Shown here piece after piece: positions 25,693-38,768 of a stretch of DNA of 64,000 bases. The notes below the pieces were generated by a model. It did not search any database. It saw nothing but the letters and a program-made list of their open reading frames with translations, and was not told the origin of the DNA. Source of the DNA: Paecilomyces variotii. Its lineage: Eukaryota. The stretch lies in assembly GCA_004022145.1 (NCBI GenBank), contig RCNU01000007.1. One strand, given 5' to 3'. Every line of letters begins with the position of its first letter. The first letter of the stretch is position 1. The position numbers and the translations under genes were made by a program.

Positions 25693-27279
25693 ATGGTCAT
25701 GTTGTTGTGCAAATCTTTGGTTACCCGTTCTCTCCGATTCCCACGGCCGCCTATTCCAAGAGGTGTCATCATGTCCGCAAGTCCATCACCCACAATCCTC
25801 TCGCCTAATATCCTAATAGAGGAGGAGAGGATTCCTGGCTACAACCCGAAGAATTTCTACCCAGTAAATCCAGGGGATATCCTCAACAACAGATATAGAA
25901 TCGTGGCCAAGCTTGGATGGGGCACTACTTCTACCGTATGGCTAGCTCAAGATCCTCCACAGTATGTATTACCCCAGCTAGATGCGTATTCCTCCTAAGT
26001 TCTTCATAGGTGGTGGTGGAACTCCAACCGCTATGTGACCCTAAAGATAGCCGTCTCCGGCTTCACCGATGAAGATACAGCAAAACATGAGCGAAATATA
26101 AGTCGATCCCTTGAGACGAATCCATCGCACAAAGGCTTCAACTTTGTGAGGATTATGCTCGACAGTTTCGAAGCTATAGGGCCGGAGGGTAAGCACTTAT
26201 GCTTGGTCTATGAGCCGATGAGAGAGCCCCTTTGGCTATTTCAACAGCGCTTGCCGGACGGCAAAATCCCACCGCCGCTTTTGAAGGTGTACTTGGGATT
26301 CTTCTTGCAAGCCCTCGATTATCTTCATTCTGAATGTCACGTCATCCACACAGGTGAGTTCCAAGGGGACGTTTGACTTCGTAAGCTAAGGCTCACTCTA
26401 TCATAGACCTCAAAATGGACAACATCTTAGTGGGATTCGAGCACCCATCTGTGCTCGAAGAATATGTTGAAAAATAAGCTAAAAATCCCATGTCTCGAAA
26501 GATAAAAGATGGCAGATCGATCTATCTATCACCTAATGATTTTGGGCCAATGAAATCATTCCGTGTGATACCGAAGATAGCGGACTTCGGTTCAGCACAA
26601 CCAGGAGATAGTTCGGAGCCTTTGAGATTCCCTATTCAGCCACCTCTCTTCCATGCTCCAGAAGTCCTATTGGGTACGGGCTGGACATACAGCGCAGACA
26701 TCTGGAACCTCGGTGTATTGGTATGCTTCCGCTTCTTCTGTCACCTATCTGCAGTCTGACTTACGCGACGTTATACACAGATTTGGAACATGATGGAGGG
26801 CAAGGATTTATTCAAACATATTCGTTCTAGCAAAGGAGATTACGATGCTCGAGCACATATTGCGGAAATGATTGCGTTACTAGGCCCTCCACCGAAAGAA
26901 CTTCTTGATCGAGAAAAATTATGGGGCGACATTAAATGGGACAATGCTGTTCTAAACTCAGATAGCAAGCTTTGTCACACTGCTCGCGAGTATTTTGGAG
27001 GGCCTTTCTTCAACTCTGAAGGTAAGCTGCCTAGAAAGTTGTCAAAAGCTAACATGCTCTATCTGCAAATAGAGCAAGGCGCTAACCGTTCCCTTTCCAG
27101 GCGAGTTCATGCATAAGGATCTAATTCCGACGGACGTTAGCTTAGAGGGATCGGTCTATTCTCTTGAAGGGGATGATAAGCAGCTCTTCCTTAATTTCGT
27201 AAGGAAAATGCTTCAATGGTTACCAGAACACAGAAAGACCGCTAAGGAGCTCCTCGAAGATCCGTGGCTGGTTCTGTAA
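25693..27279 (+). pseudogene. Second SRPK-like kinase gene with a single premature TAA (26475-26477)
   Basis: KLGWGTTSTVWLAQD, HLCLVYEPMREPLW, HT/DLKMDN, IADFG, HAPEVLL, ADIWNLG, KMLQWLPEHRKTAKELL. It has the same four intron positions as the 21759 gene. The frame reads ...EYVEK*AKNP... Confidence 0.9.
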
Positions 27280-27419
27280 ATCGGCGGATGAATGAATCCA
27301 TTTCTATGGGGAAAAGAGCACCTGCAACTCACGAGCAAGGTTTTACAATAATTTTTACAATGTGGTGTTAAGGGAAACAATCCGAGGAATTACTACTAAC
27401 AAACCCTCAATGGCTGAGC

Positions 27420-27860
27420 GGTAGCGAGGCGATAAATTAGTCCACTTGCTTTTGCGTTAATAAACTGAGACGCTTTCTAATTAGTCTGTTTCTTCTTATC
27501 TTATAAAAGCTGATGTTATATAACTTTATTTAGTTATTACCTTCGTTCTTTATAGTATATTAAGTAATATTTTCCACTATAATAATTAAAAGAAACAATA
27601 TTTTCTACGCTCCTCGCGTTGTACCTCTACTAATCTACTAGCTTTACCTATAACATTTGCTTAACTAACCAATTTGCTAGCTTTACTGACCTAATTAGAT
27701 TTATTACCTAGTCTATATACCCCTTTAGCTTTTATTTATTTTAACAAATTTGCTAACTTTTTTTTTAAATCTGCTAGATTTGCTACTATATCTCGGTTAG
27801 CTCTATCTGCTCTACTCGGTCTATTAACTATACCTGCTTTACTAGGTCAGGTCTGCTTTG
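27420..27860 (-). other. AT-rich, TpA-enriched RIP-like degenerate sequence (probable relic of a coiled-coil ORF or transposon)
   Basis: Sharp AT and TA enrichment. The minus frame reads VKQV*LIDRVEQIELTEI**QI*QI*, with stops where Gln would be expected. Confidence 0.55.
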
Positions 27861-29854
27861 CCAGACCCCCTTCTCTTCGCGAGTGTCTTGAAACGTGGAG
27901 GGGATCAGGTGACCCCACCGGCTATTCGCGGGACTTGGTGATTGTCAGGGACGGCGGTGACTGGAAGGATCGAATGGTTGGGACAGTAACTATCATTGAT
28001 GATGAATGAACATGTTGTCAATAATAATATTACTGTCTAGCTGTTCCTAGGAGTTATGCACGTTCCTGGCTAGTTTACACTGGACTCTGGAGGAGCTGCT
28101 CAGGTGACCGGATCAGAACTAGCGTATCTTGGCTCTTCTGGATTCAGGACGATCCAAACTGGAGAAATCGGTCATCTACTCTAGACTACTCTACAGCGCG
28201 AGATGGATGCATTACCTCGACATACGGCCACCTCTTCCCCACAATCCAGCGTATACTTGCTCGTGGTTGAACTTCGATGAAATGAAGCTGGACAAAGAAA
28301 CGAGCAGAAGAGAAGCAGAGTAGTAGCTGTTAGGTAAGCTGAATGCACGGGCGGGGTGTGTGGGCGGTGTGGCCAGTCAGCATCGTGCTAGCGTCCGGGG
28401 TAGCTCCGGCACGCTAAATTAGATGATCGCTTTAGTGCGAATTACTCTAGGACTAGGTAGACCCGGAAGGGACTCGATTTATTTTATAATAATCTGATTG
28501 GGATAGGTATTTAGTAGATAGATATTATTGGGAGCTATAAAAGACTAGAAAAGAGAGAAAGATAGAGAGAGAAAGAGACAGAGAAAGAGAACGACAGCAA
28601 CCGACGGGAAGGAAAAAAGTACCATACAAACGCCAAAGTCGGGCCACGCGACAGCTGGCGGCACAGCGGCTTTTCGATTAGGTCACAGAATGCTCGCCAG
28701 CCCCAGTCAATTATAATAGTTAGCTAGTCAGTACGACTCCAGCAGCATTGGTGCTATTTTCGAGCATTTAATTATTCGATCCTTTTCAATATTATCAGGA
28801 TTTTATTTGATTTTATTTTACTCTGTGTGGGAGACACAAACAAATAACGGAGAATCAGTCATTATTATAGTCCAACGGCCACCCCGCTTGTTCATTAGAT
28901 AAGTTATGACATGACACAATATCGGTCACTAGTGGGAGTATTATCCAGTATTAATACAGAGTAGATTATATCGACAGAGACGACACCAATTACACAAGGT
29001 CTCCAGTATAATTTAATTAATTTAACTGACCACCAGCGCAAGACTAGCAGATCCCGATCGACTTTTTCAAAATGAACCTATCTTATTGTCCTGTGTGGTA
29101 CATGGGAAAAGTCGAGTACCATACATCAATAATCCCGGTCCCGTGCGCAACGTCACATCGTCATCGCCGCATTCATCCTGATAGTCGATCATCTAGACTA
29201 ACTAGCTAGTATTGTAATTAATTAACTATGTATTATTATTCCTCGTCTATCCCTCATCAGCAACAACAACAACCGCCATCTCCACCCAGACACTAGATAA
29301 CAGTCTAAATTATAATTAATTTAACAATACACAACCTTCCACGGTCCCTTCCGTCGCCGTCCCAGTCTTCGGTCCCTGTGGCCACCCATGGCGCTTGGCT
29401 CCAGCTTCCGCCGCGCTGGGTCCATTTCGCCCGTCGCAAAAATTCATGCTCGCCTCGAGTAGAGACTTCTTTCGCCCTGCATTTTTCCTTCTTTCGTTTT
29501 CTGCTCCAAAACAAAAATAAAACCCTCGAATAGATTCCCCTGGCCTCCCCCGTGTGCTCGCCCGGACTGAACATCGTCTGCGTCAGTCGCGCGGCTGCAG
29601 GCAAGAAAGAAAGAAAGAAAAAAGTCGACCATCCGCCGTTTCTGTGACTAACAGCTATTCCACCCCTCTCGAACCGCCTCCTCCTGCCCCCTCACCTCAC
29701 CTCACCTCACACCTCACCTTGCGCCATTCTGGTAACACGCTGAACCTGCATCTGACCGCCGGGGAACTCGCTTTTGGGGCTCATCTCGTGTTGGCTGTGG
29801 ATTGCGTGGTTGCAGACGGTCTTTAAAGGCGGACTTTCGCCTTCCGTCGCCATC

Positions 29855-31941
29855 ATGGACCTGGCCGCGCCCTCCGCCGCTTCACGCCCGAAGCAAACCC
29901 TGTCGCGATTCACTACGACGCCTGTCGTCGACTGTTGTCGCCAGGATCACTCGAGGGACTCGTCGCCGCATTCGTCGCATTCCCCGGCCTCCCAGTCACG
30001 AACCAGCAGTCGCCGCCCATCGTTTGGTTCCATCAAGGAAGACGTCACAGGTACGGCCCAGACAAACATGAGCGGAGAGGGACAGAAGATTATCTCGGGG
30101 AGCTAGATCAAAGGCTAACGGCATTTGCTGTAGGCATTGCACAGTCGTTCGTGGATACGGAGCCGCCCCAGCCGTCGGAGGGGAACGCTTCACCCGCTTC
30201 ACCCACCGCCTCGGAGCTGGAGATGCAGGCCCCGGATTTCTGCTGTCCATGCGGGGGATTCCTGGGTTGGAAGCAGATCCGGCTCGGGGGGAGGAGCTTG
30301 AGTCGGAGCTACAGTGACCTGCGCTTCCTCGGAAATGCCCAGTCCAAGGGCTGGGCCTGGGAGGTCACCAAACCACGCGCGCCCCAGAAGACGGAGGAGC
30401 AAGAAGTTACGAAAGCAGGCCGTTCGTCGTTGGAGAAGCTCCCGGCAGAAGTATTGGGTATGGCTTTCTGTGGCATGTCTGGCCCATGATGATGATATGA
30501 GTCTAACTATCCTCTAGATCAGGTTATCTCGCATCTGGCCCTCGACGTCCCGCCCAATGGCTATACACCTCGCAATGTCGATCTCATCTCGTGCTTGCTG
30601 ACCTCCAAGACGCTGCATGCAGCGACGCTCAGTGTCCTCTACCGCAACATCACCATCCCCCACTCCATCATCTTCTCCAAAGCCCTCAACCATATCTCGC
30701 AGTATCCCGCCCTGGGCACCCTGGTCCGGCGTCTGGACTTCTCTCACTTCACCTCGGTCGGCCTGGGACGCACCAAGCAGATGAACGTGGAGATCCAGAA
30801 TCTCACCGCAAAGACCCTGTTGAAGTGTCTGGATCTGCTGCCGTACCTGAAGGAATGTCTCCTGCAGGAGCACGTCGAGACGGATATCGATGTGCCGGTG
30901 CTGCGGAAGTTGTTTACGGGTCTGCCCAACCTGCAGGCCGTGGATTTCTGCGGTTGCTCCACCCAGGCCTTCTCGGCCAGCTTCGTCGAGGCGCTGATGG
31001 AAGGTCTGCCGCCAGCTCTCCCGATGTTGAAGCGGGTTTCGCTGCACGAATGTAGCAGCCTGCCTGCGGTGGCCTTCGAAATCTTGCTGCCACGCCTGGT
31101 CAATGTCACTCATCTGGACCTGGCCCATACCCAGATCACGGAGGCGGCGTTGTTTTCGATTCCGGATACCGCCCGCATCACCCACCTGAACCTCTCGCGT
31201 TGCTCCCGTCTCACCGGCCCGAAGGTCGTGGAATTCCTTACCACCCATCCAGCCGTCCGTGAGTCGCTCGTCTATTTGAACCTGCAGGTGGATATCTCCC
31301 GCTACAGACTCTTGGACGGCGACGATGTCACGGCATTGCTTCCCAAACTCCCGTCCACACTCCGTTCACTCAACTTGGGGGGCGCGAGGATCTCCTCGGA
31401 ACATGTCCCGGCCCTCATCCCACTGACCAAGCATCTGGAGGAGCTTGGCCTGGGCGCCGCAGACCTGTCCGTTGCTGATATCAATTCCTTCTTTGTTGCT
31501 CCCAAACCACCACCAGCCCCATCCCCAGAGAAAGCCGCAGACTCTGCCCCTACCCCAGCGTTTCAGACGCCCTGGGTCCCGCCAACTTTACACTATCTCG
31601 ACCTGACCAAGGTCCCCTCAATGACCCTGGCAGTTATCTTCAACACCAACGCGTGCGTCCTCATCGCTCCCCAGACCCAGCCGCTGGAGGTGCTGGAGTT
31701 TGGCGACAAGATCATCACGCTGCTGCGGGAGCGTACCAGCACCAAAGCCAAGATTGGATGGGCTGTGCGCGAGCTGGGCCGTCGGGGATGGTTTGTGCGG
31801 GAGCCATCTGGGATACATCGTGCCGCAGATGACGGGTCTCGCTGGTGGAAGATGGGTGCCAGATGGTGGGGTATGCGTAAGATCCCCGTCGCTGTTGGCG
31901 ATGTAGGCGGCATATACGGACACTACATGTTTAAAAAGTGA
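29855..31941 (+). CDS. F-box-like / leucine-rich-repeat (RNI-like) protein, 3 exons (introns 30051-30133, 30458-30517)
   Basis: F-box-like LEKLPAEVLDQVISHL...DLISCLLTSKTLH, repeated LxxLDL/LNL units, and C-terminal WWKMGARWWGMRKIP...GGIYGHYMFKK. Confidence 0.88.
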
Positions 31942-32604
31942 GTCTTGACACACACACGACTAATGATTCATCTTCTGCATCACACTCCGCTCAGCGAATT
32001 ATTTATATTGGTCTATGCATTTCCAGAGGGGCCACTCTTGTCTTGATACCATTTTATGTTACGGACGAAATGCATCTGCACTGCTTTACGTGTTTTACTG
32101 GAGCGGGCAATTTATGGTCAACTCAGGGTTCGGGTCAATGGACGTGGAGTTGCATAGCAAGCGTGCGCCTTACCGTTGGTTATCACCTGTATATTCCATG
32201 TATATTGCTACTCTTTATGTTCGGTTTATGGGAAGGCGGTCTTGTTCTAGTTAGGCGTTGGGAAGTCGAGACGGTTATGACGGCCATGACTCAGAATGCT
32301 ATGGTTTTCTACATAATCCACCATGAGTATGTGCATTGTATCGTTATCGCCTGTAGTATTGTAACCTGATCTGTCGTCGTATTAATCCATATGCTCTGGG
32401 ATCATGTAGTACACCCCCAATCACGTGACCAAGTACTGTCAAGCTTTCGAGCGGAAGAAGAGCTCGGAGCTTCACTTTGGCCGCATATCCATCCATCGAT
32501 CGCTCGACACTTCCCGACGTCTGCCTCGCGAGGGAACTCCATCTCCAGATGGGCGGAGTTGTCGACCAAGTCTGGGACAGTGAGAGCTGTCGATTTCGAT
32601 CACG

Positions 32605-34629
32605 ATGGCGTCTGCGCCGCGCGGGTTGGCGGCGTACAAGAAGAAGGATGGCGTCCTAGCCATGGCGAAGGATGGCAAGACGATCACTTGGACGCCGGCA
32701 TCGGGCGATGCAGCTGGGATGGTGACGATTGCGGTTGGACATATTACCAGTGCGTTTTCCCTTTTCTTTTCTTGCTACATTTATGGTTTTTATGAGATGG
32801 TGTTTGCAAGTTGAGATTTATACATCTGGCTATATACAGAACGAGAGCTGACTGAAAGGTTGATGACAGATTTGCAGCAAACTCCAGCGAGTAATCCGAA
32901 AGTGATGCTGAGAGTTTTCGCCCAGTTACCGACCGCCACGGCGCCCGAGCAGTATGTTTTTTCTTTTACGAACGGAGCCAACGCTCGTCCCGAGGCGGAT
33001 GCTATCAAAGATGCCCTCAGTGCCGCGATTCAGGCTTCCAAGGCAGTGCCGACGCCCGGCGCAGGGACGGACGGCGTGTCGCCTGCGATGGCGATTGCGA
33101 GTGCCCTATCGTCGTCTGGAACTGGGAAGAATGCGTGGGACGACGATAACAAGCTCAGGACGGACGCGGAGCTGCAGCAGTCGTTGCTCAAGGCGGATGC
33201 GAACCTGCAGCGCATGTTCATGGAGTCGTTGCGCACCAAGCCGGATACGATGACGGGCGCGCAGTTCATGTCGCAGTTCTGGTCGACGAGGTTGCATCTC
33301 CTGCGGGCGCATGCGATCGAGAGGGCCCAGACAAGGGGATCCTATAATGTTCTCTCGACGCTGAAACCGCGCGTGGAGGATAACGTGACCAAGTTGAATA
33401 TTAGCAAGGAGCAGATCCAGCTCATTTTCAACCAGCATCCGCTCGTCAAGCGGGTGTATGATGAAAATGTGCCCAAGTTGAGTGAGCAGCAGTTCTGGTC
33501 GCGGTTCTTTCAGAGTCGGTTGTTCAAGAAGCTGCGTGGAGAGCGGATCTCGGAGACGGATCCGACAGATGTCATTTTGGATAAATATCTGAAAGTGGAT
33601 GAGAATGCGGATCGCAAACTCGAAGCACATGTGCCTCATATTATTGACTTGGCGGCGAACGAGGTCAACCATAGTCAGAAGCAGGGCAATCGGCCTGATA
33701 TTGATATGAGACCGACGACGTTGGACAAGGTGCCAATTATCCGGTCGTTGAATAGTCTGAGTGAGAAGATCATGGCCAATGTTGCGCCTGCTGATCGGGA
33801 TCCGTCGGCGCCTGTTGGTATGGATGAGGAGACGTACAACGAGCTGCAGTTGCGAGATCTGCGGGGCGACGAGGAGCAGAATCGTCTGATGCTGAATATT
33901 CGTGATCAGAGTCGGTTTTTCTCTCAGGCTAAGGATCTGGAAGATGAACAGAGCAAACTGTTCGCGCAGCAGGACCCAGAGCAGATTCTGGTCACGCTCC
34001 GCAGTGAAGTTCGACGTGATCTTCCGTCGGACGGATCTATCCCCTTGGGCAAGCTGGTCCAGCCGGAGGAGGATAGTGATAATGAAGAGGGCCCGCAGAG
34101 TCAGCAAGTCGGATCGAAGGCCAACCTGCAGCGTGCCTCGGCGCATATTCTGTCGAATATCCGCGAGCGGCGAGCGCAGACGGAGGTGACTTCATCTTCC
34201 GATACATGTGGCCTACCGAGTAATCTGTTCGACCGGTTAACACTGACGCATGCGACGACTACGGAGTTCCTGCATCAATTCTGGCAGGCCTTCTTGTCCG
34301 GCAATCCTGACCGCGCAGGAGAGCTTGCGTCGCTGGTCGAGTCGCTCAATCGAGCCATGGAGCGCATCAAGTCTGTGGCGGCTGATGCTGAGGCCGAGCG
34401 GCAGGTTGAAGTAGAACGACTGAAGCAGCACGCTCGCGACGTGCTGGCTACGACGGGGAAGAAGATCCGCGTCAACCTGGCGGGAGTGCCTGGCGGCGAG
34501 AAGGTAGTTAACCAGCTGCTTGGCCCGACTATCAAATCACTGGAGCTTGCAATGACGAAATACAAGGACGCGCTGGCGGAGGAGATGAGAGAAGCCCAGT
34601 CCAGCACGCCGGGACCCAGCCAAGGATGA
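32605..34629 (+). CDS. tfb1: TFIIH p62 subunit (Tfb1), PH-like plus BSD domains; intron 32750-32869
   Basis: AAYKKKDGVL...NLQQTPASNPKVMLRVF N-terminal PH domain. BSD motifs LQQSLLKAD...FWSTRLHLL and IFNQHPLVKRVYDENVPKLSEQQFWSRFFQSRLF. Confidence 0.93.
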
Positions 34630-35209
34630 TGCTTTCTTTTTCTTTTTCTTGTAATGATCCTGTCACAAAAATCTGCATCAAGAGGAGTTTTAGGGATTTT
34701 GGTCCTGTTGTTTTTTTTCGACTCATACATTGTATTATAGATCTATCATGAACATGAACCCTATGGAAGAAAACGAGCTTACTAGCTTACTATAATTGAT
34801 TAATCTATGCCACTATCTACGTCACAGTCCAAGCAAGTAATAAGTAACTCTGTTCTAAACCACAGCAGGGACCATCTCGGCATGCCGAATCTGAACCATC
34901 CCAGCCACGGACCTCGGCCCGCGTCACTAGCGCAACGTGTTGAACTCCAACTCGGCCTCTGACGTTCCCCTCAGCAGGAAGCTCAAGCTCAAGCTCGGGG
35001 GTTCCTAGACTACAACACGTTAGACTGCAGCATTGCGATATCTTTATGTCTTCTACCAAGGCAATTCTGCTTATTAGATCTCATATAATATACATCTAGC
35101 TCTTACGAGAAGATATTCGTCTCTTCTATCCCTCCCTCTCCGCGCCGGAGGTCACTGCCCATCCAATCAATCAACCAACTACCTCATCCCCAGAGATTGA
35201 AACGCAACC

Positions 35210-36231
35210 ATGCTCTCCTCCGGCTTCACCAACGCGTCCGTATCGAAATCTCTCCTGATCTACGTGGTGGTGTCGTCGATCGCGCTCGCGCTCTTCGATT
35301 CCAAACACCTCGCTCATATCCAGGTCGTGCCGCATCTCTGGGGATATGGCCAGCTCTGGCGCGTGTTTGTCTGGCAGGTGGCTGGGTATGCGAACTCGAC
35401 GGAGACGCTGTTTGCGGCGATGTTGGTTTATCATTTACGTGTGATTGAGAGGGTTTGGGGGAGGAGGAAGGTTGCTGTATGTTTTTTTCTTCCGTGTCTG
35501 TTGAGGATGTGTTCTTGTCTTTGTTAAAGATGACTGACGTTTTCAACCCGCTGCAGACATTTATACTTACAACTCTTCCATACACGACCATCCTCACGCC
35601 GCTACTTCTGGCACTTGTCATCCGACCCCTTTCGCTAGGAACGATCAATTACCTCCCCTCCGGCCTGACAGCGACCATATTCGCCCTCCTGGCCCAATTC
35701 CACGCCATCATCCCGCATACTTTCAAATACCGCATTTCCACATCCACTACCTCTACTCAATCCTCTTCTACCTCTTCCGCATCATCCTCCCCTGCAGCCC
35801 CAGCAACAGCAGCTACTCCAGCCAAAAAGTCCCTAACGATCCTCTTCTCCGATAAATCAACCACCTACCTCCTCGCGGCGCAACTGGCCCTATCGCAATT
35901 CCCCTTCTCCATCCTCCCCGCCCTAGTCGGGTGGTGCGTTGGGGTCGCGTGGCGCGTGGAGATTCTGCCTTTCGGGAGCAAAGGATGGAGAGTGCCCGCG
36001 TGGATGGTTGGCGAGAAGGAGGTGCGTAGGACGCAGTCGTCAGGAAACAATGGTAGTTCTGATGCGGAGAGGTATGAGGATCTGAGAAGGAGGTTGGAGG
36101 ACGAGAGTCGGGCTGCTGCGGCGGCGGCGGCGTCGACGAGTAGTGGTGTTGATGCTGGGGAGAGGGGGAGGAATAATGGCGCTGGACCAGCGCAGGGGGG
36201 GTTGTTGGAGAGGTTCAGGAGGGCGTTTTAA
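35210..36231 (+). CDS. Dsc2/UBAC2-like rhomboid-family pseudoprotease membrane protein; intron 35477-35556
   Basis: [35 protein letters not shown] (WR and ER-x-x-G motifs), [32 protein letters not shown], several TM helices. Confidence 0.8.
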
Positions 36232-36915
36232 CTAGTTTTTTGTTTGTATTTCGTTTTGGATTGGATTGGGCTTGTGGTGTTGGATTGCCAATTGGTGGAT
36301 ATGGTATTGGTATTGTTTGGATAAAAAGGAATATATCACTTATTTACCATCTCTCCGGTTCTACTCATATCAAGCACAGGTAAATACCATGCATATTCTG
36401 AATAGAAGATGTGGAATATGGAATATTGTCTATTGCAGGTAAATATTCAATCAACAGTATGGCTGGAGATCGCATGTACTAAGCATGTAGATCTAGTTCT
36501 GGAGGGAGCGGAGAATAGTCCGAAGCCCCTCATTTATCCAGCAATGGTGGGGGTGGCTCTTTTTCCCCGCGGGAAACCATGTTTAATCTCTTCTTCTCTT
36601 CACTCGCATTCTTGCCATTCTCTACATTGATAAATACATAGCTGCGCTGCTTTTGTTTTATCAAGCTTGATTTTCCTCGAGATCTAAGGGAGGTTCTTTT
36701 GTCTTTCGTTTCGTTTGTGGGGAGAGTATCGCAGGTGAGTGAGTACGGTACGGTTCTTTGAGAGTTTGATGAACCCCAAATATTGTATTGGTATCGAGTC
36801 CATACTGTATAGAGAACTATTTTATTTTGATGATTTATATTCCGATCTATTGGATTTCTCTACACAGCTTGAATCTCAACCCACGCCATTGACACGACAC
36901 CTACTAGACTATATC

Positions 36916-38260
36916 ATGACCACCAGAGGCAAGGTTCTCCTCCTAGGAGATATCGACCAGTATGTCTCTCCTTCCATTGATCTTTTATTCCTATTATCCA
37001 ACCAGTATATTGAAACTGACAAACCGCGCCAGCGCGCACGAATCATGGTCTTCACTCGGCAAGATCGCTGACCTGATCAAACCGGCCGCGACCAATCGCA
37101 CCGAATTCATCCAGGAATGCAAGGATGGAAAATTCGACGGTGTCGTTGCGGCGTATCGTACCTTTCCCTCTGTTGATATTACCGGTCTTGTTGATGAGGA
37201 ATTGGTCGCTGTGCTACCGAGGTCATTGACGTATCTTGCTCATTGTGGTATGTCTGCACATTCTAGCTTCGATATGAATGAAATCAATCACTACATGGCT
37301 AACACCCTCACCCCAGGAGCCGGCTATGACCAAGTCGACGTACATGCGTGCAGCGCGCGAAACCCCCCGATCAGAGTATCCAACGTCCCCACGGCCGTCG
37401 ACGATGCCACGGCCGACGTAAACATGTTCTTGATCATCGGTGCTCTACGCAACTTCAACACCGGCATGCAGGCCCTCCGGGAGGGAAAATGGCGCGGCGT
37501 TCCCGCCCCCGCACTGGGCCACGATCCCGAGGGCAAAGTGCTGGGTATTCTAGGCATGGGCGGAATCGGACGCAACTTGAAGAGGAAAGCAGAGGCGTTC
37601 GGTATGAAGGTGATTTATCATAATCGTCGAGAACTGAGCGAAGAGTTGGCCGATGGTGCGAAGTACGTCTCGTTTGATGAGTTGCTGGCTACGAGCGATG
37701 TGATTAGTTTGAATTTGCCGTTGAACGTAAGTATTTCGTGCAATATAACTATCCCTCCAGTGTTATATTATGCAGATAACTAATATATAGATACATACAT
37801 ATAGAAAAACACCCGCCACATCATCGGAAAAGAGGAATTTGCAAAAATGAAGAATGGCGTCGTGGTGGTGAACACTGCTCGTGGCGCCGTCATGGACGAA
37901 GCCGCTCTGGTCGACGCTCTTGATAGCGGAAAGGTATTTTCAGCCGGTCTCGACGTCTTCGAGGAAGAACCTAAGATTCATCCGGGTCTGGTGCGGAATC
38001 CGAATGTGCTCCTCGTACCGCACATGGGCACGTGGACTGTGGAGGTGAGTTTCATAATCCTTTAAATCCGGGAGCATTTCTTCTCTTCTCTTCTCCTTTG
38101 TGGAGAAGTGATATCATACATGATACCTATCTATGAATAAATAACTAACATCCCATCTCAGACACAAACCGCCATGGAAGAATGGGCTATTGAAAACATC
38201 CGTTCGGCTCTCGAGACGGGAAAACTAAAGAGTCCTGTTCCTGAGCAAGCGGATTTGTGA
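36916..38260 (+). CDS. D-isomer-specific 2-hydroxyacid dehydrogenase (glyoxylate reductase-like), 5 exons
   Basis: CGAGYDQVD, VSNVPTAVDDATAD, LGILGMGGIG (Rossmann fold), SLNLPL, VNTARG, GLDVFEEEP, LVPHMG, canonical introns. Confidence 0.94.
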
Positions 38261-38400
38261 CCGTCTCTCTCTCTCCAAAGGACTGTCTGCATAGATGGTA
38301 TATTTAGAAATAGGGTAATAGGCTCTATGGGATATAAATGGCCAGAGAGTATTTTTACATATTACATAAGTTATGTATTGAATTGGAATAAGACTGTATA

Positions 38401-38428
38401 AAGAAGAAGAAGAAGAAGAAGAAGAAGA
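38401..38428. repeat. (AAG)n microsatellite
   Basis: About 9 AAG units read directly from the sequence. Confidence 0.95.
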
Positions 38429-38768
38429 TCCCCAGGGAACTTGAAATGTGTATATATTATTTCCCGTTTATAGTGACATGCAAAGCTGAAATTGAAACCA
38501 GGAGTCATCACCAAGAATTATCAATCCACTGCCACCTGCCAATCCAGGAAGGAACACAACACAACACAGCACAGCAGGATCATTCCTGAGAACCTCACAC
38601 CACGATAAGACAGATGCAATCCCCAGCGCCAACCACCCTCAATACTACACTATACAACTTTCCCCCCCAACTTGACCTCTAACTTTTCCATCTCAATCCT
38701 TCTACAAGCCACCTCCAACTTCTAACTCTTCCTCTTCATCATTTCGCACTCCTCCTCCAACTCCCAAC

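Noticed and set aside
26475-26477. A-to-I editing rescue of the premature stop
   Set aside because: The aligned residue is Gln, not Trp; TAA would need two edits; and such mRNA editing is not established for Eurotiales.
21080-27900. Starship or other autonomous mobile element
   Set aside because: No DUF3435 tyrosine recombinase, transposase or RT is present. I found no terminal repeats, target-site duplication or duplicated tRNA fragment by eye.
33106-34146. 346-aa antisense ORF over tfb1, and similar ORFs over the LRR gene and gldB
   Set aside because: Antisense shadows of GC-rich coding sequence.
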